Made by a program: the position numbers and the translations under genes. From Prorocentrum cordatum (taxonomy: Eukaryota), in contig CAUYUJ010000292.1 in NCBI GenBank assembly GCA_963575745.1, forward strand, positions 186,001-250,000: a stretch of DNA of 64,000 nt, given 5' to 3'. Numbering within the stretch: the first letter of the stretch is position 1; every line of letters begins with the position of its first letter. Under the pieces are notes generated by a model. The model was given only the letters and a program-made list of their open reading frames with translations, was not told where the DNA came from and made no database searches. Below, in pieces: positions 37,774 through 49,592 of the stretch.

Positions 37774-37884
37774 TTGTTTGAATTCTCGGCTCTCGCTGGA
37801 GTAGCAGTCTTACTCGTCACTGCCCAGTTCTGCGAGTGTGAGCTGTTTAGGTGGAAGTCACCCGGTCGGTGGTTGGAGTTGGTC

Positions 37885-38110
37885 AAAGTTGTCGCCTGGC
37901 TTGCATTCTTGAAGACGATTCGAGGTCGAAACGCGCGGCGCCTGGGAGCCAGGTGATCTCGTAGCGTCCAGGACCAGGGAATGCGAGGCGTTTATGTGCT
38001 ACGCCTGTCTCCACGACCCCTCTGTTGGACTGCATGGGTCGCAGACCAAGTAGGGCAGGGAGATCGAAGCCGTCGCCCTCCATTGCAAGAGCACGCATGC
38101 TGTGCTGGGT
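37885..38110 (-). pseudogene. Aspartic protease, C-terminal half
   Basis: MEGDGFDLPALLGLRPMQSNRGVVETG...FPGPGRYEI; the LLG motif of retropepsins. Confidence 0.7.
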
Positions 38111-40576
38111 TGTGAAGGCCCAGTAAAGCGACCGGCGCGCTGACCCCCCCCCCCGCGACAGGAGGTGCGTCGCGCATTCGTCGCCCGTGCGTCGGCCGCC
38201 AAAAAAGCCAGCCGCCCTCTCGAACGTGCACGTCGCCCTCGCAAGGGGGCAATTTGGTGAATACGTCGCCAGCGCGGCGAACACCCACGGGGCGGATCGC
38301 ACGCGCGTCGCCCTCTCCACGGCCGCTGACAAGGCTGGTCGCCTTCGGGAAAAAGAAAGTCGCCCACGCTGCGGCCCTCTTGGCGAGAAGAAGGCGGCCG
38401 CTGGGCTACCTCGGCAGATCAGCACATCCCCCTAACAGTACAAATGCTGCGACGCTGCTGAACGCAGCCCTGCGATAGGCCAGCAAGTCCCCGCAGCCGC
38501 CGCCACAGCCGCCGCAACCGCCGCCAGCGCCAAAACGACCGCCGCCACGATCACCACAGACGGATACGACCGCAACCACATCCACCGCGACGATTACGAC
38601 CAACGCCATTTACCGCTATCACCACCACCACGACCACCACGCTTCTCGCGACCACCACAACGACCGACACCAGCACGATCACCGGCGTGACCACCACCGG
38701 CCCGCCCACCACCAGCGGCACGACCGCCGCCAACGCGACCAAGGCGAAGAACGCGACCACGACCATGATCACCAACATGACCATTACAGAAGCACCCGCC
38801 CACTCCGTCCCCCCCCCCATTCCCCTGCCAGGCCGCCCTTGCCGCCGCGCCCGCCTCGCGCCCCTGCCCCCCCCCCTCCTTTTTCCCCTCGTAATCTTCC
38901 TCCCCCACCGCCAGCGGCGGGGCCGTTCGCGAAGGCGGGGGCGCCGCTCGCGGCGACGCGCCGCGGCCGTGGAAGGGGGGCCGAAGGAGCCAAGAAAATG
39001 AAGAGGGACGCGGGGCGGCAAGGGAAAAGAAAAAACAAAGACGAGAGAGGAGGGGGGAGGGACAGACCGAAGGGCGCCGGTAGGAAGGAGGAGGAGAAGG
39101 GGAGGAGAGAGGGAGACGAGGCAGGAGAGAGGACGAAGGAGGAGGAATGACAAAAGAGGAGGGACGACGAGGAAGGAACAGGGAAAGAACAGGGGCAAGC
39201 ACCGCCCTTCCTGGCGCAATGGAGGACACAGCCGCCGCCACTTGTGAACAGCGCAAGCACGGCGGGCCGACGGCCGTTGCGCATTGCTGCTCGGAGAAAC
39301 GCTCGGGGCGGGCAAAGTCGCGACTGCGGTGCGCTTGCGTCGCGCGTGCGTCGCGCGTGCGTCGCGCGTGCGTCGCGCGTGCGTCGCGCGTGCGTGGCGC
39401 GTGCGTCGCGCGCGTGGCGCGTGCGTCGCGCGTGCGTCACGCGGGTCGATCGTGCGCCGCGCGCTGGCAAGGGTGCGTCGCGCGCGGGTCGGGGTGCGTC
39501 GCGCGCGTCGCGCGCGCGTCGCGCGGGCGTCGCTCGGGCCGTTCGCGCGTCGCGCGCAGGTCGCGCGCGAATCGCTCGAAGGGCGCCGTGGACTCCTGAC
39601 GGCATGTGAACTGCACGGCCCGCTGGCGAAACAATCAAGGGATGCGCGCGGCAATCGTAGAAATAGCGAGACGCGCGCGTGATAACTACGAACGCGAGGA
39701 GACCAATAGACGACATGGAGATGCAGCGCGCACGGACTAATCCATTTCAAGCGCACGCCCCGTCAGATTTTGAACATCGGTCCGTCGCTGCAGCAATTTG
39801 GCGACGTCTTGCCCGCCGACGCATTGGGGGGGGGAAGAGGATGGAAGTGAGGCGAGGGAAGGGCGGGCGGAAATGGGAACGGACGGGCGAGGAGGGGGCG
39901 CGCGGGGGCGGCGCAGCGGCGGCGGGAGCGATGGAAGGCGATCGAAGGGGGGCGGCGGGAGCGAGGAGGGCGAGAAGAAGTTCCAGGAGGGTGGAAGGAC
40001 AACGGGGGGCGGGCAGGGAGGCGGACAGGACGGCAGCCTGACACAAAAGAACTGAATACAAATTTCGCAAACGGGACAAAACGCGCAGCGCGTTGGACGA
40101 GGGGAAGAGGAAGGAAGAGGGGGGGGCAGGAAGATTGGCGCGAAACGACATCGGGGTGCGGGGCGCGATGCGACGGGGCGAAGTGGCGCCGCGTCGCGCG
40201 ACGCGACGTCGCCCCCACCGTGGCGCGACACGCACAGCCCCCAATCAACGCGAGGCGTCTTCGTCCTCAGCAACGGTTGGCGCCCACGACAATGAGCACC
40301 AGCAAATCCTCTCGCGCCGAATTGGAAACAGAACGCGTTGGTGGACCGTCGAACTAGGAGTGCGCCGCGACCGCCAGAATGGCCGTTGGTGCACTGGCGT
40401 CGGAAACCTATATATCGCCAGAGAAATTCCGAAGTCGCGCCATATGTCGCCCACGCACTCTGGGAGGCCGGGATTCGGGACAGAGACGCAAACCAGGGCC
40501 GGCGCACGGGCGACGCTCGGGCGACGCACTGAACGAAACTTTAAGGGGGGGGGGGTCGCTTCACTGGGCCTTAACA
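38111..40576. mobile_element. 2466-bp non-autonomous TIR element splitting the protease
   Basis: 23-bp TIRs TGTGAAGGCCCAGTAAAGCGACC / GGTCGCTTCACTGGGCCTTAACA (21/23). TSD TGCTGGGT at 38103-38110 and 40577-40584. Internal (GCGTCGCGCGT)n at 39335-39570; no transposase seen. Confidence 0.92.
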
Positions 40577-40850
40577 TGCTGGGTGGTCACGCAATCGCGG
40601 GTGGTGACCACGATTCACGATTGAGCAGTGTATTTCCCAATGGGCAACCTGCGAGCCGCTGCCCACTCCTAAAGTGGAGACGTCAGCTTCTCCTCCGCGG
40701 GCTGGAGCCTGGCCTACATGGTTTTGTCAGCCAAGATCATCGCGAATAGTTGCCCCCAGGGGTTGGCCCAAGCGCCGGGATCCACAATCACGCCAAGCCG
40801 GCCACCGGGAAGGTCAGTGCTCGCCAGGTAGAAGGGCGAGTCGGTCGGCG
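40577..40850 (-). pseudogene. Aspartic protease, N-terminal half
   Basis: FYLASTDLPGGRLGVIVDPGAWAN (active-site D-x-G) and flap-like GVGSGSQVAHWEI. Confidence 0.75.
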
Positions 40851-41329
40851 GACTCGGGCATGTACCTGACGAGGTCGGCCACCACGAGAACGTCGGTCGG
40901 TGGGCGTCGCATGGTACTGCTACGTCGGCTGCGGACACGAAACTGGAAGCGCTGCCGAAAGGCGGCCGGGAACGTCGGTCGGTGCCGTGGTGTCCCGGGT
41001 GTCGGTGCGGGCCGAAGAATTTGCACGCTGTGCTGTTGTGGTGGTATCTCCTCAAGCACGCTGTTGTCTGGCATCGGCCGGGCCGGCACCGCAGGTGCCA
41101 GACCCGGAGTACCAGGGTCTGCCGCACGGGCAGAATTAATCAAACAAGCGGGTTTCATATGACGTGATGTTCTGATAAAGTGTGTTTTCTGAATACTGCT
41201 TGCGCTGAAGCGGTTGCCCGAGGTACTAATCAATCGATATGGAATGATCAAATGATCTGGAGGCAGTAGTTGCTGGGCCCGCCGCACGATCTGCACCAGT
41301 GCACCAGACATTGGCGATGGCATCGGCCA

Positions 41330-41480
41330 GGCCCCAGCACGCTGGGCAGTACACCAGGTGGGTGTCGGCGCTCTGTATGAGCTGCAAGTGGCACGCCTGG
41401 TGCAAGATGTGGCGGCACTGTGGGCGTACAACTCGCTCACCATGTACGAAGGCCTCGATACAGATAGGACGTTCCCGATC
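41330..41480 (-). pseudogene. RING-H2-like zinc finger upstream of the protease
   Basis: (R)PICIEAFVHGERVVRPQCRHILHQAC...CPAC; first Cys mutated (TGT>CGT inferred). Confidence 0.8.
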
Positions 41481-42089
41481 GTTGCCGCTGAACACCGTGA
41501 CGTGGGGTGCAGTCGGTGCGGCAGCCGATACAGGTGGTGGATTCCTAGGGGTTTCGGTCCAACTCCGTGCGGTTCGTCGCCGCTGCTCGTCCTGCTGTCA
41601 CGGGTGCCTCTTCGAGCGTATATGGCCGCTCGGGGTCTCCTGGAGGCATCTTGGAACACTCTTGGGAATCATGCGCGAGCCTTGGAGGCGCATCGAGAAC
41701 GCAAAGATCACACATCTTCCATGTGGCTCGTTCTCCAGGCGCCTCCCGGCGCCGCAGGCGCCAAAATATCTGGGGAGGCGCCCGGCGGCGGGGCCTAAGC
41801 CCCTTATGCCGTAACAACCCTCCTTCGTAGTTCCACTCTTTCAACATTTATCCTCCCCATTCCTCCGACCTTTCGGGGCCCCAAACAAAGGGCCTTACCG
41901 CGCGGTCCGTCTCAACACGGTCTTCGATCCTCGGAGCCCCCAGTCGCCCGAGGCATCCTTGCAGAACGACCCGAGTCCCCAGAAGTCGCGCGGTGACCCC
42001 GAAGCCCCACTGACTCCGCACGCGTTGTGGTCGCCACACCGTTTGGGGGCCCCCCGAGCTCGCCTTCCCATCTGCTGCCCCCCACCCCC

Positions 42090-43020
42090 CCTCCTCCTCC
42101 TCCTCCTCCCTCCTCCTCTTCCTCCTCCTCCTCCTCCTCCTTCTCCTCCTCCTCCTCGTCCGTCTCTTCCTCCTCCTCCTCCTCCTCCTCATCCTCCTCC
42201 TCCTCCTCCTCCTCCTCCTCCTCCTCCTCCTCCTCCTCCTCCTCCTCTCTTCCTCCTCCTCCTCCTCCTCCTCTCCTCCTCCTCCTCCTCCTCCCTCCTC
42301 CTCCTCCTCCTCCCTCCTCCTCCTCCTCCTCCTCCTCCTCCTCCTCCTCCTCCTCCTCCTCCTCCTCCTCCTCCTCCTCCTCCTCCTCCTCCTCTCCGTC
42401 TCTTCCTCCTCCTCCTCCTCCTCCTCCTCCTCCTCCTCCTCCTCCTCCTCCGTCCTCCTCCTCCTCCCTCCTCCTCCTCCTCCTCCTCCTCCTCCTCCTC
42501 CTCCTCTCCTCCTCCTCCTCCTCTCTCCTCCTCCTCCTCCTCCTCCTCCCTCCTCCTCCTCCTCCTCCTCCTCCTCCTCCTCCTCCTCCTCCTCCTCTCC
42601 TCCTCCTCCTCCTCCTCCTCCTCCTCCTCCTCCTCCTCCTCCTCCTCCTCCTCCTCCTCCTCCTCCTCCTCCTCCTCCTCCTCCCTCCTCCTCCTCCTCC
42701 TCCTCCTCCTCCTCCTCCTCCTCCTCCTCCTCCTCCTCCTCCTCCTCCCTCCTCCTCCTCCTCCTCCTCCTCCTCCTCCTCCTCCTCCTCCTCCTCCTCC
42801 TCCTCCTCCTCCTCCTCCTCCTCCTCCTCCTCCTCCTCCTCCTCCTCCTCCTCCTCCTCCTCCTCCTCCTCCTCCTCCCTCCTCCTCCCCCTCCTCCTCC
42901 TCCTCCCCTCCTCCTCCTCCTCCTCCTCCTCCTCCTCCTCCTCCTCCTCCTCCTCCTCCTCCTCCTCCTCCTCCTCCTCCTCCTCCTCCTCCTCCTCCTC
43001 CTCCTCCTCCTCCTCATCCT
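42090..43020. repeat. (CCT)n microsatellite, ~930 bp
   Basis: Direct inspection. Confidence 0.97.
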
Positions 43021-43307
43021 CCCTTGTCATCGGGCCCGAGGGGAGCGGGCGGCGGAGGCTGGCGGAGGAGGGTCGCAGGCCCCGAGAGGCGCGAGGACCG
43101 CCAGAAGGGCTGGACGATAGCAGGGAACAGCCAGACTCGAGTGGCTGCGAGCAGCGCGCTGCGGCACCGGCGGCACCGCGGAGCCCCTCACCCCGCCGGC
43201 GCAGGGCACGGAGCCGCGCAGCACGGGCCGCTCGAGCTGCACGGGGGCTGGCAGTGCGCCTGGCGGCGCAGAAAAATACCCTCAGTAAGACGAAGCCAGG
43301 GCTAGGA

Positions 43308-43387
<80 letters not shown>

Positions 43388-43479
43388 GCATCATCATCAT
43401 CAGCAGCAGCAGCATCAGCAGCAGCATCATCATCATCAACATCAGCAGCAGCATCATCATCATCATTATCATTATCATT

Positions 43480-43524
<45 letters not shown>

Positions 43525-43730
43525 AGCAGCATCATGATCATCATCAGCATCATCATCCTGATCCTCATCCTCAGCATCAGCATCATCAACATCATCAAAA
43601 TCATCATCGTCATCCTCATCATCATCATAATCATCATCATCAGCAGCATCAGCATCATCATCATCGTCATCATCTGCATCAGCATCTTTAGTATCATCAT
43701 TATTATCGGCATCACCATCATCATCGCCAG

Positions 43731-43797
<67 letters not shown>

Positions 43798-43873
43798 GAC
43801 ATCGTCATCATCAGCATCATCATCATCATGATCATCGTCATCATCAGCATCATCATCATCATCATGATCATCG

Positions 43874-43906
<33 letters not shown>

Positions 43907-43908
43907 CC

Positions 43909-43942
<34 letters not shown>

Positions 43943-44068
43943 TCATCTCATCATGATCACCACCATCATCATTATCAACAAGATCGTCATCAGTATCATC
44001 AGCGTCATAATCAGCATGATTATCATCATCAGCATCATAATATGCACATTGACAATAATAATAGTAAC

Positions 44069-44100
<32 letters not shown>

Positions 44101-44101
44101 G

Positions 44102-44182
<81 letters not shown>

Positions 44183-44219
44183 TATCATCATCGTCATCAT
44201 CCCCATCATCATCACCATG

Positions 44220-44254
<35 letters not shown>

Positions 44255-44712
44255 CATCATCATCATGAGAATCAGCAGCATCATCACAACCAACACCACC
44301 ATCTTCATCATCATAGCATCATCAGCATCATCATCAGCATCATCATCATCAGCATCACCATCACCATCACCATCACCACCATCAGTATCAACATCATATT
44401 CATAATCAGCATCATCATCAGCAGCATCATCCATCAGCATCATCATCGTCATCCTCATCTTCATCATCAGCAGCATCAACATCAGCATCAGCATCAGCAT
44501 TAGCAACAGCATCATCATCGTCATCGTCATCATCTCAACCATCATCATCAGCATCATCATCATCAGCAGCATCATCAACATCATCATCACCACCAGGACA
44601 TCATCATCAGCATAATCCTCATAACCATCATCAGCAGCAGCATAGTCAGCATCATCAGCACCAGCAGCATCAGAACCAGCATCATCAGCACCATCATCAG
44701 CATCCTTATCAG

Positions 44713-44756
<44 letters not shown>

Positions 44757-44797
44757 GCATCAGCATCAGCATCAGCATCAGCATCATCAGCATCATC
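43308..44797. repeat. (ATC)n microsatellite field, ~1.5 kb
   Basis: Direct inspection. Confidence 0.97.
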
Positions 44798-45045
44798 AGT
44801 CGTCGTTGTCGTCAGCAGCAGCGGCATCATTCGAAGCATGAGCATCACGGCTCTCAACCCTGGAAACACGAGGTGTCACCTCTGACGGCCTCCCGTGCCC
44901 CTCGAACAGTCGCCACCTAGAATGCTGGGAATGCTGGGCTGGCACGGTGGCAAGACTTGCCGCAGGCAGCTGGACACCCCAATAAGATCCGGCGACTTCA
45001 CGATTCGCACCAGCGCCGCCTGGGAATGAGCCCTTCTTCGCCCTA

Positions 45046-45105
45046 GGTCGGGCATGTGCCCCCACAGACGGATTTTGGGCGGAAAATACAGATCATTGAT
45101 TTTGT

Positions 45106-45156
<51 letters not shown>

Positions 45157-45228
45157 AACGACAAATCGTCCCCAGACTATTTTTTGACTATTCTTTGACA
45201 TTCCTCCTGTAGAGGGACAGGTCCAACT
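45046..45228. mobile_element. GTCGGG-family MITE, copy 6 (internal poly-G)
   Basis: GGTCGGGCATGTGCCCCCACAG...CCTGTAGAGGGACAGGTCCAACT. Confidence 0.75.
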
Positions 45229-45297
45229 TCATGCTGGCGCGAACCGTGACGTGCCCGGCCCCCTCCACCCCTCCCCCCCAGGTCACACCCGTCATCG

Positions 45298-45472
45298 CCA
45301 GAGGAAAATATAAAGCGGTCCCTACGACGAAGCCAGGACGAGGACGAAGCCGGGCCAAGATACATCGGGGAGTTCTGAGATCCGGCCAGAGGAAAATATG
45401 AAGCGGCCCCTACGACGAAGCCAGGACGAGGACGAAGCCGGGCCAAGATACATCGGGGAGTTCTGAGATCCG
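45298..45472 (+). repeat. Tandem duplication of an ~88-bp unit
   Basis: CCAGAGGAAAATAT...GGGAGTTCTGAGATCCGG occurs twice. Confidence 0.9.
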
Positions 45473-45555
45473 GGCGGTTCTGAAGTCTGGAGGATGCAGC
45501 GGGCGCTGCGGCCGTTCCAGAGCGCTCCGGAACGGCGCGGGCACGATCTGCCCTG

Positions 45556-45701
45556 GGTCGGGCGTGTCCCCCTACAGGCGGATTTTGGACGAGAAACCAA
45601 AAATGTTCGAAAATACTTACAAAACAACCAGCAAACAAAAAAAGTCCCCAGACGATTCGACTATTCTTGAACATTCCTCCTGTAGAGGGACAGGCCCCAC
45701 T
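45556..45701. mobile_element. GTCGGG-family MITE, copy 7
   Basis: GGTCGGGCGTGTCCCCCTACAGG...CCTGTAGAGGGACAGGCCCCACT. Confidence 0.8.
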
Positions 45702-46081
45702 TACGATTTGCCCTGGTCCTGGGCCCGCCCGACCCCCCGACATGCGACACGTCAGAGGTAACCACACGACACCTGTCTGCGGGGGGCCCTCCACGGGCCC
45801 CGGGCCGGCCAAGAATGCCCAGGGCCCGAACAACCAGCCATGGGGTCACGAGACTTCCCAGCGTTTGGACACCTGCCAGTGCTGACCCGGGCCAGTCAGG
45901 GCCACGTCGCGAGTCCGAACCCAGGTCACGGCTTCACCAAGCTTCCGAACCCGTACCAGCTGCCGAGAGGACCCCTAAACGGGAAAGTGGCGGAGCTGAA
46001 CCTCGCTAAAGCTGACCCCCGCCAACTGCGCCCAGGCCGATACTCGGGGGAAACGAAAAGGGGGGACAGCACAGGGTAGGG

Positions 46082-46760
46082 AATCCGCCGACCCCTTGGG
46101 GTCACGGCGTGTGAGATGCTTCCCCCTCCCCAAACCCCTGCCATCAGGCCCCACGAGGCCCCAGAGGGCTCCAAGCAGACCCCACGATGGCCCAAGAGGC
46201 CCCCGAGACGCCCAAAGATCGGCCCAAGAATGGCCCCAAGACGGCCCCAGAAGCCTCCAAGACGGCCCAGGAAGCCTCCAAGAGTATTCCCAAGAGGGGC
46301 CCAAGAGGCCAAAATCGTCGATTTCCGATGGGGAAACGTACATTTTTTATCATAAACGACTTTTCGGCCTTCACGGCGTTGAAGACGGCCCCAGTCCCCC
46401 AAGACCGCGCCAAAACGGCCCAAGAGGCTCCCAAGAGGCGCTCGAAACGGCCCAGGAGGGCGCCAAGACGGCCCAAGAGGCTCCCAAGAAGGCCCAAGAG
46501 TGCCCCAAGACGAGCCTGAACCAACAATCCGAGCCTTCCGCCCCAAGACGGCCCAAGGAGGCCCCAAGAAGCGTCCAACAGGGCCCATGAGGCCCCAAGA
46601 GGCCCCCAAGAGGCCCCCCGAGAGGCCCCAACAGACCCCCAAGAAGCTCAAAAGAAGCCCCAAGTACCGCTTGAGGCATGTCACTTCTAACCCGCAACCC
46701 AGGCACCAAGGATCTCAGGCCGACAACCAAGGCACGGTGGCGGGATGGGCCGAAGGCCAC

Positions 46761-46813
<53 letters not shown>

Positions 46814-46814
46814 G

Positions 46815-46850
<36 letters not shown>

Positions 46851-47593
46851 ACACACACACACGCACCTATACACACATATATATATATATACATGCATGC
46901 ATGCATACATACATACATGCATGCATACGTGTATATATATATCTATATATATGCATACAGACAGACGTGCCTGCATGCATGCATGCATACATACATACAT
47001 GGACACATACATACATGTGTATCTAAATATGTATGTGTATATAAGCATGCATACATATATGCAGACATGCATACATACACACAGACACACATGCATGCAT
47101 CCATTACATACGTACATACAAACATACATACATACATACATACATACATGCATGCATGCATGCATGCATGCATACATACATACATGCGTGCATGCGTACA
47201 TACATGCATGCATACATGCATACATGCATGCATGCATGCATACATGCATGCATGCATACATACATACACACACACACATACATACATACATACATACATA
47301 CATACATACATACATACATACATACATACATACATACATACATACATACATACCTATATGCATGCATGCGTGCAAGCATGCATGCATATGTACATATATA
47401 TACATACATACATACATGCATGCATGCATGCATGCATGCATACATACATACATACATACATCCATGCATATATGCATGTATACATACACGCATATACACA
47501 TATATGCATGCATGCATACATACATACATACGTACGTACGTACGTACGTGTATACATACATACATACATATATACATACATACATACATACAT

Positions 47594-47656
<63 letters not shown>

Positions 47657-48846
47657 TACATGCATACATATACACATATATGTATGTATATATATATATA
47701 TATATGTGTGTGGGTCACGGCGTGTGAGATGCTTCCCCCTCCCCCGGGAGCCCGGTCCGGCCAGTTTGGAGTGGAGGGGGAGGGGGCGGGGCAAAGGTGA
47801 CATCAGGTCCCACGAGGCCCCAGAGGGCTCCAAGCAGCCCCCACGACGGCCCAAGAGGCCCCCGAGACGTCCAAAGGTCGGCCCAAGACGCCCAGGATGG
47901 CCCCAAGACGGCCCCAGAAGCCTCCAAGACGGCCCAGGAAGCCTCCAAGAGAGGGGCCCAAGAGGCCAAAATCCGCCAACCCCTTGGGGTCACCGCGTGT
48001 GAGATGCTTCCCCCTATCCAAAACCCCTCCCCCGGGAGCCCGGTCTGGCCAGTTTGGAGGGGATTAGGGGGGTGGGGAGCAAAGGTGTCGGCCGCACCCT
48101 TGGAACCTCAGGGGGCCCCAAAACGGGCCAAGAGGGCCCCAAAAGGCACCCCACCTCGGACGGTCCAAGAGGGCTACGAGTCGCAGAAAGATCGCTCCAA
48201 GACGCCCAAGATCGCCTCCAGACGGTCCCAGAGGCCCCAAAGACGCCCCAAGAAGCCACCAAGAGGCGTCCCACGAGGCCCTCCAGAAGCAAAAACGTCC
48301 CGTACCCGAGGGAACACGTATATTTTTAGCACATTCGCCTCTTCGGCTTTCACGAGGCCCACAACGGCCCAAGAAGCCTTTAAGATCGACCCAAGATAGC
48401 CCAAGAGGCCCCCAAGAGAGCTTCAAGACAGCACCAGAGGGCCCCCAGACAGCCCCAGAAGCTTCCAAAACGACCCAGGAGGGCCCCAGGACGGCCCCAA
48501 GAGGAGGCCCAGAGGGGGAACCCGAATGAACATTTCGAGCACTCGGCCATGAAAAAACCTGAGGAGGCGCCAATAGGACCCCAAGAGGCTCCCACGAGGC
48601 TCCCACGAGGCTCCCACGAGGCCCAAAAGAGGCTCCCAGAGGCCTCAAAACGGCTCCCAAGAGGCTTCAAAAGTGCTGCCAGGAGAGCCCAAAGAAGCCC
48701 AAGAGCAGAGCGGCGATCCGCTAACCGCCCCCGACGAATCCCAAGAAACTGAGACCCCAAGATTCCCCAGAAATCGTTCTGCTGACTCCGTTTTTCACTC
48801 TTACTGCCGCCCCAAGGGGTCGGCGGTGCGGCGTCAGCCAATGAAT
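46082..48846 (+). mobile_element. Nested or tandem GGCCCAAGA-rich non-autonomous elements with Helentron-like ends
   Basis: 5' ATCCGCCGACCCCTTGGGG (46083; variant at 47971) and its reverse complement CCCCAAGGGGTCGGCGG (48810-48826), followed by a small hairpin. Shared heads GGGTCACGGCGTGTGAGATGCTTCCCC at ~46099, 47712 and 47987. Confidence 0.65.
46761..47710. repeat. Compound (CA)/(CATA)/(CATG)/(GACA) microsatellite
   Basis: Direct inspection. Confidence 0.95.
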
Positions 48847-49190
48847 CAGCTCACGTAGCTGATTTTCCCAGCACCTCCCGGCGCCAGGAGGCGCAAACGT
48901 ATCGAGGAATGGGCCCGGCGGCGGGGCCGAAACCAGCTGCATGCAGCAGATTTCGTAACCCCCCTTTCCCTATCCCCCCCCTTCGTTCGGCCCGAGATAC
49001 CGGTTCTTCCCGGACCTTTCCCGACAGGGAGCACCTTGCGGAGGTCCGCGCGGATTTCTCGGATCGGCGCTGGCCCCCCGTCACGAGCGCGCCTGGGCGC
49101 GCCAGGGACAGCGCCAGAAACGCCGCCAGGAGGGTCCGGCGCCGATCCGAGAAATCAGCGGGGCCCTCCGAAAGTGTATGTTTACCCTTA

Positions 49191-49341
49191 GGTCGGGCGT
49201 GTCTCCCTACAGGCGGATTTTGAACCACATATCAAAAATACCGAAAAGATCTTCAAAAATAGTCGAAAGATACTGCAAAAAATCGTCCCCTGACTATTGA
49301 CTATTTCTGAATATTCCTCCTGTAGAGGGACAGGCCCGACT
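49191..49341. mobile_element. GTCGGG-family MITE, copy 8
   Basis: GGTCGGGCGTGTCTCCCTACAGG...CCTGTAGAGGGACAGGCCCGACT. Confidence 0.8.
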
Positions 49342-49592
49342 AAGTTTACCCTGAGAGCCGACGTTGCGAAAGGATGCCCGCATCGCGACAAATCATGCCC
49401 GGAGCCCCGGACCCCATCCCTCTGCGGCATGTCTCGCGCTAGCTCGACACGTGAGGGCCCTGAAAGCTTCCGCGGGGCAAACAGAATGCAACTCCTGGAT
49501 CTCACGGGACGTAGAAGGACATACAAGCACTATATATATATATATATATATACTATGCGTCCTCCTTGGAGGCGTGCGTCCAACCGAATATG

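Larger units (their letters stand above)
31345..41640 (-). mobile_element. Decayed copia-type (Ty1) LTR retrotransposon internal region with extra cargo domains
   Basis: Collinear minus-strand domains in PR-IN-RT-RH (copia) order, many stops and frameshifts, two nested insertions. LTRs and gag not identified; boundaries approximate. Confidence 0.88.

Noticed and set aside
41848..44869. Long ORFs of 300-550 aa (poly-P/S/L/H/M/I)
   Set aside because: Stop-free by-products of (CCT)n and (ATC)n. The same applies to ORFs at 6.6-7.7, 11.5-12.6, 20.3-24.7, 46.4-48.0 and 59.7-62.7 kb.
45104..45155. Long poly-G run (also poly-C near 1190-1250 and poly-G at 52100) as a functional G-quadruplex element
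   Set aside because: Homopolymer lengths are unreliable in assemblies, and one run abuts the gap.
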